DNA of 64,000 nucleotides, taken from positions 1,024,001-1,088,000 of the forward strand of contig CAWBWI010000001.1 in the NCBI GenBank assembly GCA_963792585.1. The letters are read 5' to 3'. Shown here in pieces: positions 20,678 to 30,887 of the stretch. Made by a program: the position numbers and the translations under genes. Below the pieces are notes generated by a model. The model saw nothing but the letters and a program-made list of their open reading frames with translations. It searched no databases and had not been told where the DNA came from. This DNA comes from Candidatus Eiseniibacteriota bacterium. Lineage in GTDB: Bacteria; Eisenbacteria; RBG-16-71-46; CAIMUX01; VGJL01. Position 1 is the stretch's first letter, and each line of letters starts with the position of its first letter.

Positions 20678-21560
20678 CGCAGGAATCGCCTTCCTGCTGG
20701 CTCTTTATGCCGTCCCCGCGGCCGCAGCTTGGCTCGGTGTGTCCGTGCAGGACCTCTCCCCCGCGCTCGCGGAGGCGATGGAACTGCGCGAAGCTTCCGG
20801 CGTCCTGGTCACCGATGTCATCTCCGGCGGACCGGCCGATCGTTGCGGCCTCCGCGCACGGGACGTGATCGTAGAGGTTGACAGTACGCCCGTCGAGCAT
20901 TCGAACGATCTCGTGGACTTGCTTGCCAAGAGATCCGTGGGCGATAGGGTCGCGATCCGGCTCCGGCGAGGGGCCCATTCGGTCGATTTGACGGCCGTGC
21001 TGGGCCCTTCTCCATCCCCGGAGCGCGGCCGTCCCAATGCCTCCGATCGAGATCCAAGGGGCGAAGGCGACCGTTTCGAGCCGCTCGAGCGCACGGCGTT
21101 CGGCCCCCAGATCGGAGTGGATGTCTTTCCGTTGAACGATGACCTGGCCCGCGCAGTCGGCGCGGCCGAGGCCGAGGGATTGCTGGTACTCCGCGTGCGG
21201 GAGAAAGGCCCGGCAGCCGCGGCGGGACTGCGCGCCGGCGATGTGATCGTCCGGATGAACGATCGCAAGGTCCGGGAGAGCTCGGACATCCGCGAGGCAC
21301 TGCGCTCCCGTACCCCCGAGGAAAAGTGGAAGGCCGAGGTGATTCGGGACCGAAGGACGATCGTCATCGAAGGAGGGATCGATCCGGCTTGGCGGCTGCC
21401 GAGGCCCGGGGAGCCCTCGCGGGCGCCCCGGCTCCGGGACCGGGGAGACATGTCCGTTTGGGCAATTCGGCAGTGGAGGCGCCTGGATCGGGAGATGAAG
21501 GATCTCCGGACCCGCTTGGAGGATCTCGAGCGTCGTGCCCGGGACCGGGACGATCGGTAG
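20613..21560 (+). CDS. periplasmic tandem-PDZ domain protein
   Basis: Signal peptide, then WLGVSVQDL...GGPADRCGLRARDVIV and GPAAAAGLRAGDVIV; C-terminal coiled coil. Confidence 0.8.
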   Translation: MDLIIPRPSPRRLPSTRSSSRIAGIAFLLALYAVPAAAAWLGVSVQDLSPALAEAMELREASGVLVTDVISGGPADRCGLRARDVIVEVDSTPVEHSNDLVDLLAKRSVGDRVAIRLRRGAHSVDLTAVLGPSPSPERGRPNASDRDPRGEGDRFEPLERTAFGPQIGVDVFPLNDDLARAVGAAEAEGLLVLRVREKGPAAAAGLRAGDVIVRMNDRKVRESSDIREALRSRTPEEKWKAEVIRDRRTIVIEGGIDPAWRLPRPGEPSRAPRLRDRGDMSVWAIRQWRRLDREMKDLRTRLEDLERRARDRDDR

Positions 21561-21821
21561 CAATTCCATCACCCGCGGCCATTAACCTGGATCGGCGGCT
21601 TCGCGCTTGCGCGAAGCCGCCGTCTGTCGGTCTATCCCCGCATCCCCGGGGGGCCTCCCACCGCAATCAAGGCGTCGGATGTTGTCCCGGGGAGGTTCGA
21701 CCCCCGAGGCGCAGGGAACCACCTACGGGATCTTCGGCACGGCGCCGGACGAACTTGAACTCCCGGCATTGACAGTTCCTCCCGCCGCCGGTACCAATAT
21801 CGGCCGCAGCCGGGAGGTTCC

Positions 21822-22190
21822 ATGCCCCACGTTCGCATATACGGATCGTGCTCCGTCCGAGCCCATTGGGAGCAATTCACGCAGGGTCGTTGGCGCGACG
21901 AAGCAAAGATCATCAAGTGCATGTCGGCGCTCATTTCGCGGGATGGCTCCAGTGAATTGATCGAGTGCCTGGCGATCGAGGGGTTCCTGCGCCAGAATTT
22001 CTTGGCGCAGTTGCTTCAAAAAGATGACGGAGTCCTCGTCCGCCTTTATCCCGCGTCGATGCCGGAAAAAACCGAAGGGGTCCGGTTCTGTCTGGGTTGG
22101 ATCGCCTCCGGTTTTCGCGCCCAGGATCCGGCGTGTCGGCTGGATGCTACGAACCTGGGAGTCCCCCTTCCGGGCCCAGAGCCACTTTGA
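21822..22190 (+). CDS. hypothetical protein (122 aa)
   Basis: GGGAGG RBS, globular composition, fills the intergenic gap. Confidence 0.6.
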   Translation: MPHVRIYGSCSVRAHWEQFTQGRWRDEAKIIKCMSALISRDGSSELIECLAIEGFLRQNFLAQLLQKDDGVLVRLYPASMPEKTEGVRFCLGWIASGFRAQDPACRLDATNLGVPLPGPEPL

Positions 22191-22269
22191 GCGCCCGATC
22201 ACTTGCCGATCTGCTATCCTTGTTCCATCGCTGAGTCGATCCGGCCGCGGTCGATCAAGGAGGGAATTC

Positions 22270-23373
22270 ATGCGTCGGATCGGGAGCATCTTGCTTCTCG
22301 CCGCCTGCATCGGCGGCCTCGGACACGGTGTCGCGGGCGCGGCGCCCTACTTCCAGATCAAGGCGGTCGATGTCCCCTATCGCAACGTGGGGACCGAAGC
22401 GTTCTACGAGCAATTCAACCTCGACATCGACACCCCTGTCTCCGGTGACGAGCTGTTCGTCGAGATGACCCCGCACCTTCCCGATGGCTGGCTCTCGCAA
22501 TTCTGCGTCACCTCGAATGGAAGCTGCTTCCTCTACAGCCACGCGATCACCATTCCTCCGAGTGGTCACGAGCGGATCCAGATCGACTTCATCCTCCCGT
22601 TGTCCCACGAGTCGGGCATGGGATGGATCGACGTTCGGATCTACCGGGTGAACGATCCCACGACCTGGCAGGAGATCAGCTACGCTCTCGGGTACGGAGT
22701 GGAGTTGCCGGTATCCCGATTCACGTTTACATCCGGCAACGTGTTCCAGCAAGCCGATCCCAATACCACCGTGCAGCTGACCAGCACCATTCGCTCCATG
22801 AACCCGTTCGACGACCACTTGGTCGTGACCGTGAACAGCGACATGCCGGAAGGCTGGTTCGCGCAGTTCTGCCAGGTCTCGACCGGCGTCTGTTATTTCG
22901 GCAACGCCGTGATTCCATTCCCGGCATATGCGACCGACGAACTCCAGGTCGACTTCTTCTGCTTCGATCCGGACCCATCCATCGGCAACCTGCGCCTGAA
23001 AGCGCAGAGTGAGGCGAACCCAGCGATGTGGACCGCCCTGGCGTTCCGGGTCCGAACTGGGGACATCCCCGCGGACGTCGAGAGCGCGGGTTTGTCCGAG
23101 CGCTTCTCTGCGTCGGTGACGCCGAACCCCGTGCGGGAGGACGCCGGCATTCGTCTCGAGCTCACGCGGCCGACGCCCGTACAGGTCCGCATCGTCGATA
23201 TTGCGGGACGGACCGTCCTGGAACGCAACCTCCCGGGCCTCGGTGCCGGCACCCATCGTATCGGATGGGATACCAGGGACCCGCTCGGCCGAGAGCTCCC
23301 GAGTGGGACCTACTTCTACCGTGTGACAGGAGCGGATCGGCAGGCGAGCGGCAAACTCACCATCGACCGTTAA
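22270..23373 (+). CDS. secreted protein with two Cys-motif repeats and C-terminal FlgD Ig-like domain (paralog 1)
   Basis: Signal peptide, two PxGWxxQFC..GxC repeats, VTPNP...WDTRD...LPSGTYFYR. Confidence 0.8.
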   Translation: MRRIGSILLLAACIGGLGHGVAGAAPYFQIKAVDVPYRNVGTEAFYEQFNLDIDTPVSGDELFVEMTPHLPDGWLSQFCVTSNGSCFLYSHAITIPPSGHERIQIDFILPLSHESGMGWIDVRIYRVNDPTTWQEISYALGYGVELPVSRFTFTSGNVFQQADPNTTVQLTSTIRSMNPFDDHLVVTVNSDMPEGWFAQFCQVSTGVCYFGNAVIPFPAYATDELQVDFFCFDPDPSIGNLRLKAQSEANPAMWTALAFRVRTGDIPADVESAGLSERFSASVTPNPVREDAGIRLELTRPTPVQVRIVDIAGRTVLERNLPGLGAGTHRIGWDTRDPLGRELPSGTYFYRVTGADRQASGKLTIDR

Positions 23374-23477
23374 CCGCGATACTCCCCTGAGTTCCCAAGC
23401 CCGCCGGCCCGACATCCCGGCGGGCTCATCAATTGGCCCTTTGCCGCACGCATTCGGCACCGCGGCAGGGAGGTCGG

Positions 23478-23506
23478 TTGACCGCGTCCGTGATTCTCGA
23501 TATACT
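23478..23506 (+). promoter_or_regulatory. sigma70-type promoter of FlgD paralog 2
   Basis: TTGACC-N17-TATACT, ~50 nt upstream of AGGAGG and ATG 23559. Confidence 0.7.
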
Positions 23507-23558
23507 ATATATTGCAGTGTCTTGGATCGTCAGACCTGGTCCGCCAAGGAGGACTCTC

Positions 23559-24659
23559 ATGCAGCGTCTCGGGGGTATCTTGTCCCTAGCCGTCGCCCTT
23601 GCCGCCATCATCACGTGCGTTGCGGGCGCGGCGCCATGGTTCCAGATCAAGCCCGTCGAGTTGCCCTATCGAAACGTGGGCGTCGAGGTTTTCAGCGAGC
23701 AATTCAACCTCGACATCGACTCACCGATCGCCGGCGACGAGCTCTTCATCGAGTTCACCCCCCACGTGCCTGATGGATGGTTCTCCCAGTTCTGCCAGGT
23801 CTCGACGGGAGTCTGCTACTTCGGCAGCCACGCCATCACGCTGCCGTCGAGCGGGGACGAGCGAATCCAAGTCGACTTCTTCACCAACCAGGGATTCGAG
23901 GAAATGGGCTGGGTCGACCTTCGCATCTATCGCGTCTCCGACCCCGGCACTTTCCAGGAGATCACCTATGCTCTCGGACATGGAGTGATCCTGCCGACAT
24001 CCCGTTTCGCCTTCACGTCGAACAACGTCTTTGCGCAGGCCAACCCAAATGACACCGTCGAACTGCGGGGCCTGATCCGCTCGTTCGACAACTTCGATGA
24101 CCAGCTACTGGTGACGGTGACGAGCAGCATGCCACCGACTTGGTTCGCGCAATTCTGCCAGACGTCGACCGGCATCTGCTACTTCGGGAACGCAACGATC
24201 GACTTCCCTGCGCTCGCCATCGACACGCTCCGGGTCGACTTCTTCTGCTTCGATCCGAACCCGGCGATCGGGAATTTCCGTCTGCGGGTCCAGAGCGCAG
24301 CGAATCCGGCGATGTGGACAGCGATCCCCTTCCGCGTCCGGACCGGTGACATCCCGGCCGACGCCGAGGACGGAGCGGCGAGCATTCGGTTCGATGCGGC
24401 GGTCGCGCCCAATCCGGTCCGCGATGCGGCGGAGTTCCGGGTCCACCTGACCCATCCTTCCCCAATCCGCCTGAGCATTCTCGACATTACGGGGCGGACT
24501 CTCCTGAACCGTGTGTCCCCGACCATGCAGGCGGGTCTCCAGCGGATCGCCTGGGACGGTAAGGACGGTCTCGGACGAACCCTGCCCGGTGGCACGTATT
24601 TCTATCGGGTCACGGGGGCCGGCGAAGGAACCAGCGGAAAGCTGACGATCGACCGCTAG
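23559..24659 (+). CDS. secreted protein with two Cys-motif repeats and C-terminal FlgD Ig-like domain (paralog 2)
   Basis: Full-length colinear paralog of 22270..23373; both end in GKLTIDR. Confidence 0.8.
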   Translation: MQRLGGILSLAVALAAIITCVAGAAPWFQIKPVELPYRNVGVEVFSEQFNLDIDSPIAGDELFIEFTPHVPDGWFSQFCQVSTGVCYFGSHAITLPSSGDERIQVDFFTNQGFEEMGWVDLRIYRVSDPGTFQEITYALGHGVILPTSRFAFTSNNVFAQANPNDTVELRGLIRSFDNFDDQLLVTVTSSMPPTWFAQFCQTSTGICYFGNATIDFPALAIDTLRVDFFCFDPNPAIGNFRLRVQSAANPAMWTAIPFRVRTGDIPADAEDGAASIRFDAAVAPNPVRDAAEFRVHLTHPSPIRLSILDITGRTLLNRVSPTMQAGLQRIAWDGKDGLGRTLPGGTYFYRVTGAGEGTSGKLTIDR

Positions 24660-24680
24660 CCGATTTCACGCTCGAGAGTC

Positions 24681-24714
24681 AGGGCCCGCCGGGTTTGACG
24701 ACCCGGCGGGCCCT
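24681..24714. terminator. hairpin between convergent genes
   Basis: AGGGCCCGCCGGGT-ttgacg-ACCCGGCGGGCCCT. Confidence 0.7.
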
Positions 24715-24718
24715 TCTG

Positions 24719-25513
24719 TCACGGCTTGGGGGCCGCGGGAGGCTCGACGACTACGTTGCCGCGTTCCGCCATCTGGAGAAACGGCCGCACGAGGTCGATT
24801 GGGATCGGGAAGAGCGTGGTGGAGTTGTTCTCGGTCGCGATCTCCGCCAGCGTCTGCAGGTATCGCAGCTGAAGGGCCGCAGGCTGCGTCTGGATGATCC
24901 GGGCGGCTTCGGTCAGCTTCTGCGCCGCTTGGAATTCCCCTTCCGCGTTGATGACCTTTGCGCGTCTCTCGCGCTCCGCCTCGGCCTGACGCGCCATCGC
25001 CCGCTTCATCTCGACCGGCAGGTCGACGTCCTTGACCTCGACGCTGGATACCTTGATCCCCCACGGCTCCGTGTGCGTGTCGATGATCTCCTGCAACCGC
25101 AGGTTGATCTTGTCGCGCTCGGCAAGCAGTTCGTCGAGCTCGGCCTGACCCAGCACGCTTCGAAGCGTGGTCTGCGCGAGCTGGAGGGTTGCGAACAGGT
25201 AATTCTCGACCTCCAGAATGGCGCGGTCCGGATCGACCACGCGGAAGTAGAGGACGGCGTTGACCTTCATCGACACGTTGTCTCGCGTGATCACATCCTG
25301 CGGCGGGATGTCCATCACGACGACCCGCAGAGAGACCTTGACCATCTTGTCGATGAACGGGATCAGCAGGATGAGGCCCGGCCCCTTCCCGTGGATCGCC
25401 CGGCCCAACCGGAAGACGACTGCACGTTCATACTCGCGGAGCACGCGGATTGCGCTCGCGAGGATGAAGATGCCCACCAGGACCAGGAGCGTCGTGGATC
25501 CGAGAAACGGCAT
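24719..25513 (-). CDS. slipin / SPFH (stomatin-like) protein
   Basis: [49 protein letters not shown]. Confidence 0.95.
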   Translation of the reverse strand: MPFLGSTTLLVLVGIFILASAIRVLREYERAVVFRLGRAIHGKGPGLILLIPFIDKMVKVSLRVVVMDIPPQDVITRDNVSMKVNAVLYFRVVDPDRAILEVENYLFATLQLAQTTLRSVLGQAELDELLAERDKINLRLQEIIDTHTEPWGIKVSSVEVKDVDLPVEMKRAMARQAEAERERRAKVINAEGEFQAAQKLTEAARIIQTQPAALQLRYLQTLAEIATENNSTTLFPIPIDLVRPFLQMAERGNVVVEPPAAPKP

Positions 25514-25516
25514 GAT

Positions 25517-26827
25517 CTACTCCTCTCTCTCGGGCCCGCGCCCCTCGATCGGGGTGACGTGGAGACGGAGCCCCATTACGGAGACGATGCGGACCGAATC
25601 CCCGGCCGGGACCGGACGATCCGACGAGGCGCTCCAGATCTCGCCCCGCACGAGAACTTTCCCTTCCGGGGACAGATTCGCGACCACCCGCGCGATCTCC
25701 CCGACCATTCCCTCCCGGCCCGTGACCGTGCGTCGCTTCTGCGCCCGCAGCGCCATCGCCACCGCGAAGATGAAGAATGCAGCGGTGACGAGAATGGCGG
25801 GAACGATGACGATCAGGGAGACGCCGCCCGCCGGCCCGCCACGAATCAACATGAGGGAACCCAAGAGCAAGCTGATCACCCCCCCGATCGATAGAGCCCC
25901 GTGGCTCGGAACCTTGATCTCGGCCAGGAACATCACGACGGCGAGCAGGACCAGAAGAACGCCGGCGTAGTTCACGGGCAGACTTTGAAACGCGAAGAGT
26001 GCGAGGATCAGCGAGATTCCCCCGATCACCCCGGGCAGGATCGCGCCGGGGCTCGAGAGCTCGAAGAAGATCCCCAGGATCCCCGCGAGGAAGAGCAGGT
26101 AGGCGATGTTCGGGTTCGTGATGATGGAGAGGACCCGCTCCCGCAGGCTCATCCGACGTTCCCGAACAGCCGATTCCTGGGTCCGGAGCGTCTCCGGGCC
26201 GGCCGGCAACAGGACGATGCGACCGTCGACTGCCTTCAAGAGGGAGGGGATGTCATCCGCGATCAGGTCGCAGATCCCTTCGCGCACGGCCCCCTCCGCA
26301 TCGATCGAAACACTCTCGCGGACCGCCCGCTCGAACCAATCGGCATTCCGCCCTCGCGTCTGGGCGATCGCACGGGCATACGCGACGGCGTCGTTGACGA
26401 CCTTCGCCGCCATCGTGGTATCGGCCGTCGCCGGCCCTCCGATCGAGACCGGGTGCGCGGCGCCGATGTTCGTGCCCCTGGCCATGGCGGCGACATGCGC
26501 GGCCATCGTGATGAAGACTCCGGCGGAGGCCGCGCGCGCGCCCGAAGGTCCCACCCAGACGATCACCGGCACGCGCGCGCCCAGGATCGCCTTGGCCGCC
26601 TCGCGCATCGAGGTGTCGAGTCCCCCCGGGGTGTCGAGCTGGATGACCAGCGCCGCGGAACGTTCCCGTTCGGCGGCATGGATCGCATCGACCATGTAAC
26701 GCGAGGTGACGGGGGAAATCGCGTCTTCGACCTGAATTGTGATCACATCGCGCGCGCGCGCCCCACCGCCGAGTGCCATCACGGCGAGCATGGCCCCCAT
26801 CAGGATCGACGCGCGCCGGCGCCTCAT
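25517..26827 (-). CDS. nfeD: NfeD family membrane-bound serine protease (long form)
   Basis: LDTPGG, AASAG, NIGAAHPV, transmembrane region, C-terminal OB domain (GEIWSA); paired with SPFH gene. Confidence 0.93.
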   Translation of the reverse strand: MRRRRASILMGAMLAVMALGGGARARDVITIQVEDAISPVTSRYMVDAIHAAERERSAALVIQLDTPGGLDTSMREAAKAILGARVPVIVWVGPSGARAASAGVFITMAAHVAAMARGTNIGAAHPVSIGGPATADTTMAAKVVNDAVAYARAIAQTRGRNADWFERAVRESVSIDAEGAVREGICDLIADDIPSLLKAVDGRIVLLPAGPETLRTQESAVRERRMSLRERVLSIITNPNIAYLLFLAGILGIFFELSSPGAILPGVIGGISLILALFAFQSLPVNYAGVLLVLLAVVMFLAEIKVPSHGALSIGGVISLLLGSLMLIRGGPAGGVSLIVIVPAILVTAAFFIFAVAMALRAQKRRTVTGREGMVGEIARVVANLSPEGKVLVRGEIWSASSDRPVPAGDSVRIVSVMGLRLHVTPIEGRGPEREE

Positions 26828-27456
26828 GATCGTTCTCTCCAAAGAGCGACCTCCCGCTCAGGGTCAGGACGGTCCAAGTCGAAGGTGTCCCGGGTCCGGC
26901 AGTAACCGCGGCCGCCCAGGCGACCGATGGCGTGGAGGCGATCCGCACGGATCCTACCGCCATCGAGGAGGTCGTCCCGAACGTGGAAGAGCACGATCCT
27001 GGCGAGTACGAAGCCGTCCGGATCGTCGCCGACCTCCAGTATCCGATCGACCTTGAACTCCATGGCGACCGGCGCATCGAGGATCCTCTCGGGCCGGACG
27101 AGAATCGAAGGAGCGGTCCGCAGCCCGGTGAGATCGAACTCATCGATCTCCTCCGGAAAATCACCGGAGGAGAGAACCATTGCCTCCGCGAGTTCCTCGG
27201 TCGCGACGTGGATGACGCCCTCGCCGAGAACCTCGAGGTTTGCCAGCGTGTCCTTCTTCGTCCCCTTGCGGCGTCCGATGGCGATCCCGACCAGGGGTGG
27301 ATTCGACGAGATACCGCCGAAGAAACTGAAGGGTGCGAGGTTTCGGCGCCCTGCGGGACTCAGGGTCGAAACCCAGGCGATGGGTCGGGGCACGAGCGCG
27401 CTGATCAGCAGGCCGTAGCGGTTCCTTCGGTCGAGATCCTCGGGGCGGACTTGCAT
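26824..27456 (-). CDS. flavin reductase family protein
   Basis: VPRPIAWVST, NLAPFSFF, KDTLANL, GRLGG. Confidence 0.92.
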   Translation of the reverse strand: MQVRPEDLDRRNRYGLLISALVPRPIAWVSTLSPAGRRNLAPFSFFGGISSNPPLVGIAIGRRKGTKKDTLANLEVLGEGVIHVATEELAEAMVLSSGDFPEEIDEFDLTGLRTAPSILVRPERILDAPVAMEFKVDRILEVGDDPDGFVLARIVLFHVRDDLLDGGRIRADRLHAIGRLGGRGYCRTRDTFDLDRPDPEREVALWRERS

Positions 27457-27633
27457 CGGTTCCTCCCGGGCGATGAGGCTCGCGCCAAGAATGCACCCGC
27501 CGCGTCCTCGGAGCCAGACGATTATCGTGCCGTCCGCTCCTGGCCCACGGGACGTCTTGATCCCCGCGCGCCGGGCCCCTAGGATCCGTCGCAAGCCGCA
27601 TATGGGCCGATTCGCCCGAATCAGGAGGGACCG

Positions 27634-28392
27634 ATGGAGTTCAATCTCAAAGGCCGCTGCGTCCTCGTCACGGGGGGGTCCCGGGGAATCGGCCGCGCGA
27701 TCGCGGTTCGGCTCGCGGAGGCCGGGGCCGACATCGCCGTCAACTACCTGCGGCAGGGCGGCCGCGCCTCCGAGACCGCCGAACTGGTCCGCGCCCAGGG
27801 GGCGCGGTGTCTGACGATCCGGGCGAATGTGGCGGACATCGACGACATGGAACGCATGTTCCAGCAGATCCGCGAGGAGTTCGGCCGGCTCGACATCCTG
27901 GTCAGCAATGCCGCATCCGGGGTCCTACGTCCCGCGATGGAGCTGACTCCCCGGCACTGGCAATGGACGATGGATATCAACGCGGGCACCCTGCTGCCCC
28001 TCGTTCAGCGCGCCGTCCCGATGATGCCCAAAGGAGACGGGAAGATCATCGCGGTCTCGAGCCTGGGCGCGATCCGCGCAATCCCGAACTACACGGCGGT
28101 CGGGGCATCCAAGGCCGCCCTCGAATCACTCGTCCGCCATCTCGCGCTCGAGTTGGCGCCCCGGGGAATCAACGTAAACGCGGTCTCCGCAGGGATCGTC
28201 GACACCGAAGCGCTGAAGCACTTCCCCAACCGCAGCGACCTGATCGACGCGACCTCCGCGCGCACTCCCGCCGGCCGTCTGACGGAGCCGGATGACGTGG
28301 CCGACGTGGTCCTCTTCCTGACGAGCCCGCTGGCCAGGATGATCCACGGCCAGACCCTGGTCGTCGACGGCGGCTACTCGATTCTCGCCTGA
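27634..28392 (+). CDS. fabL: enoyl-ACP reductase FabL-like SDR
   Basis: TGGSRGIG, SNAASGVLRP, SSLG, YTAVGASKAALE (YX6K spacing of the FabL type). Confidence 0.85.
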   Translation: MEFNLKGRCVLVTGGSRGIGRAIAVRLAEAGADIAVNYLRQGGRASETAELVRAQGARCLTIRANVADIDDMERMFQQIREEFGRLDILVSNAASGVLRPAMELTPRHWQWTMDINAGTLLPLVQRAVPMMPKGDGKIIAVSSLGAIRAIPNYTAVGASKAALESLVRHLALELAPRGINVNAVSAGIVDTEALKHFPNRSDLIDATSARTPAGRLTEPDDVADVVLFLTSPLARMIHGQTLVVDGGYSILA

Positions 28393-28402
28393 ACCGGGAC
28401 GG

Positions 28403-29305
28403 CTACCTGAGACCGAGGACGGACTTGGCGATCGTGCCGGCCATGTGAGGGTTTTCCTTCAATCTTCGTACGGAGTAGGCGTACCACTTCTCGCCGAATG
28501 GGACGTAGACGCGCAGGCGATGGCCGCCGCCGATCAGGATCCGGCGCAGGTTCTCGTCGACGCCGAGGAGCATCTGGAATTCGTACTGCTCGCGCGTGAG
28601 GCCGTATCGCTGCACCAGCCGCAACCCCTCGAAGATGAGGTGCTCGTCGTGAGTCGCGATGCCGACGTAGCAGCCCGCGCTCAGAAGGATGTCGAGCGAG
28701 GCGACGAAGCTTCGCCGGATGATCTCCCGTTCCTGATAGGCCATTTCGCGCGGCTCGACGTAGATTCCTTTGCAGAGACGGATGTTGGCCTTCATCGCGG
28801 CGAGCCGTTCGACATCGGCGAGCGTTCGCCGGAGCATCGCCTGGATCACGACCCCGACGTTCGTGTGCTCCGCGCGCAGCTTCCGGTAGATTCCGAGCGT
28901 CTCGTCGGTGCAGGAAGAATCCTCCATGTCGAGGCGCACGAAGATCCCCTTCTCGTGCGCGCGGGAGACGAGTCGGTCGATCCGCTTTTCGCATTCGTCG
29001 AGATCGATCTTCATTCCGAGCATCGTGAGCTTGACGGAGACGTTGCCGCCGAGATCCTCCGCCTCGATGGTGTCGAGCAGCGAGAGGTAGCCGGCAAGCG
29101 CCGCGTCCGCCTCCGCGGAGCTCGTGATGTGCTCTCCGAGGATGTCGAGGGTGGCCATCGCGCCGCCCGCGCGCAGTTCGCGAATAACGCGAATCGCGTC
29201 CTCGACCCTCGGTCCGGCGATGTAGGGGCGGCTGAAGTATCCGACGATCGGCTTCGGCACCGCCGGCAGGAGTCCCACGACCAAACGGTCAAACAAGGTT
29301 GCCAT
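28403..29305 (-). CDS. monofunctional proline dehydrogenase
   Basis: VRLDMEDS, IRLCKGIY, IATHD, EFQMLLG, RVYVPFG, RRLKENP. Confidence 0.93.
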   Translation of the reverse strand: MATLFDRLVVGLLPAVPKPIVGYFSRPYIAGPRVEDAIRVIRELRAGGAMATLDILGEHITSSAEADAALAGYLSLLDTIEAEDLGGNVSVKLTMLGMKIDLDECEKRIDRLVSRAHEKGIFVRLDMEDSSCTDETLGIYRKLRAEHTNVGVVIQAMLRRTLADVERLAAMKANIRLCKGIYVEPREMAYQEREIIRRSFVASLDILLSAGCYVGIATHDEHLIFEGLRLVQRYGLTREQYEFQMLLGVDENLRRILIGGGHRLRVYVPFGEKWYAYSVRRLKENPHMAGTIAKSVLGLR

Positions 29306-29349
29306 CGACCCACCTCCCATCCCAGTCCCGCAACCGGAGTTCCCGAGGA

Positions 29350-29378
29350 ATCGTAGGCCCCGGGCGCCGGGCTGTCAA
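29350..29378 (-). promoter_or_regulatory. sigma70-type promoter of proline dehydrogenase
   Basis: Minus strand TTGACA-N17-TACGAT. Confidence 0.7.
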
Positions 29379-29552
29379 AGCCCCGCCGGGTGTGTGCCCG
29401 CCGCCTGTGCGCCGCTCGCCGCAGGCGTGGCGAGGCCGGCCTCGTCGCGTCGGCTGCGCTTGCTGTCTGGCCGCATGCTTCGTAGGATCTGAGTTCCAAC
29501 GCGGTCGGGAGCGATCCCGGCCCCCGCCTGCAACGACCCGACGGGAGGAACC

Positions 29553-30887
29553 ATGGCCCAGATCCACGAGAGTCGCCGGAGCCGCTTCATGGAGGCGATG
29601 GAGGAAGGTGCGGCCGCACTCATCGTCTCCCAGCCGGAACTGATCCGGAACAACGACACGATGTACGAATACCGTCAGAACTCGGACCTCTTCTACCTGT
29701 CGGGATTCGAGGAGCCGGAGGCGGCCCTCCTCTTCCTGCCGAAGCACCCCGAGCATCGCTTCGTCATGTTCCTGCGCCCGCGCGACCCCGAGAAGGAGGT
29801 CTGGACGGGCCGGCGGGCAGGGGTCGACGGCGCCCGGTCGAATTTCGGAGCGGATGTTTCCCACACGATCGCAGAACTGGGCGAACTCCTGCCGAAGTAC
29901 CTCGAGGGAATCGACCGTCTCTACGTGAACCTGGGTCAGGATCACGAGAAGGATCTCCTGGCCCTCGAGATGGTCAACCGCACGCGGCGCGGTTCCCGGG
30001 TGGGGCTCCCCGGACCCACCCACCTGATCGACGCGGCAACGATCCTGCATGAGATGCGGCTCTTCAAAGACCCGGCCGATTTGCAGGCGATGGAGAAGGC
30101 GACCCGCATTTCGGCCGAAGGGCACTGCGAGGCGATGCGGGCAGTGCGTCCCGGAATGTACGAATACGAGCTCCAGGCCGTGATCGAGTACCACTTCCGC
30201 AAGGGCGGATGCCATCGCTGGGCCTACCCGAGCATCGTCGCCTCGGGGCCGAACGCCACGATCCTTCACTACGACTCCAACTCCCGACAGCTCCAGGACG
30301 GCGAACTGGTGCTGATCGACGCCGGCGGTGAATGGGGCTTCGTTGCGGCGGACATCACCCGGACGTTCCCCGTCTCGGGCCGGTTCAGCCCGGCGCAACG
30401 GAAGCTCTATGAGATCGTCCTCGATGCTGAGAAGAAGGCGATCGAGGCGGCGACTCCGGGCGCGAAGTTCACGGATCCCCACCAGGCGGCCCTCCGGGCC
30501 CTCGTGGAGGGGATGGTCGGCGTCGGTCTCCTGAACGGCGAGCCGGACGCGATCATCCAGGCGGAGACCCAGTACAAGCGATATTTCATGCACAAGACGA
30601 GTCATTGGCTGGGAATGGATGTGCACGACGTCGGCCGATACATGATCCGAGGGGAAGCCAGGCCGCTGGCGCCGGGGATGGTGCTGACGATCGAGCCCGG
30701 GATTTACGTCCCCGAGGACGACACCCAGGCCCCTCCCGAGTTCCGGGGGATCGGGATTCGCATCGAGGACGACGTCCTGATCACGGAAAGTGGGAATCGA
30801 ATCCTCACCTCAGGGGTACCTAAGGAAGTCGACGAGATCGAGAGGCTCTGCGGCAGCGGGTCGGTCCAAGGAGCGAACCGGCCCTGA
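29553..30887 (+). CDS. pepP: Xaa-Pro aminopeptidase
   Basis: YRQNSDLFYLSG, LIDAG, ADITRT, HWLGMDVHDVG, TIEPGIY, GIRIEDD. Confidence 0.95.
   Translation: MAQIHESRRSRFMEAMEEGAAALIVSQPELIRNNDTMYEYRQNSDLFYLSGFEEPEAALLFLPKHPEHRFVMFLRPRDPEKEVWTGRRAGVDGARSNFGADVSHTIAELGELLPKYLEGIDRLYVNLGQDHEKDLLALEMVNRTRRGSRVGLPGPTHLIDAATILHEMRLFKDPADLQAMEKATRISAEGHCEAMRAVRPGMYEYELQAVIEYHFRKGGCHRWAYPSIVASGPNATILHYDSNSRQLQDGELVLIDAGGEWGFVAADITRTFPVSGRFSPAQRKLYEIVLDAEKKAIEAATPGAKFTDPHQAALRALVEGMVGVGLLNGEPDAIIQAETQYKRYFMHKTSHWLGMDVHDVGRYMIRGEARPLAPGMVLTIEPGIYVPEDDTQAPPEFRGIGIRIEDDVLITESGNRILTSGVPKEVDEIERLCGSGSVQGANRP

Noticed and set aside
21769..21798. TTGACA promoter candidate upstream of the 122-aa ORF
   Set aside because: Perfect -35 but no TAnnnT -10 at 16-18 nt spacing.
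24719..26827. NfeD-SPFH pair as a novel system
   Set aside because: A well-known conserved operon.
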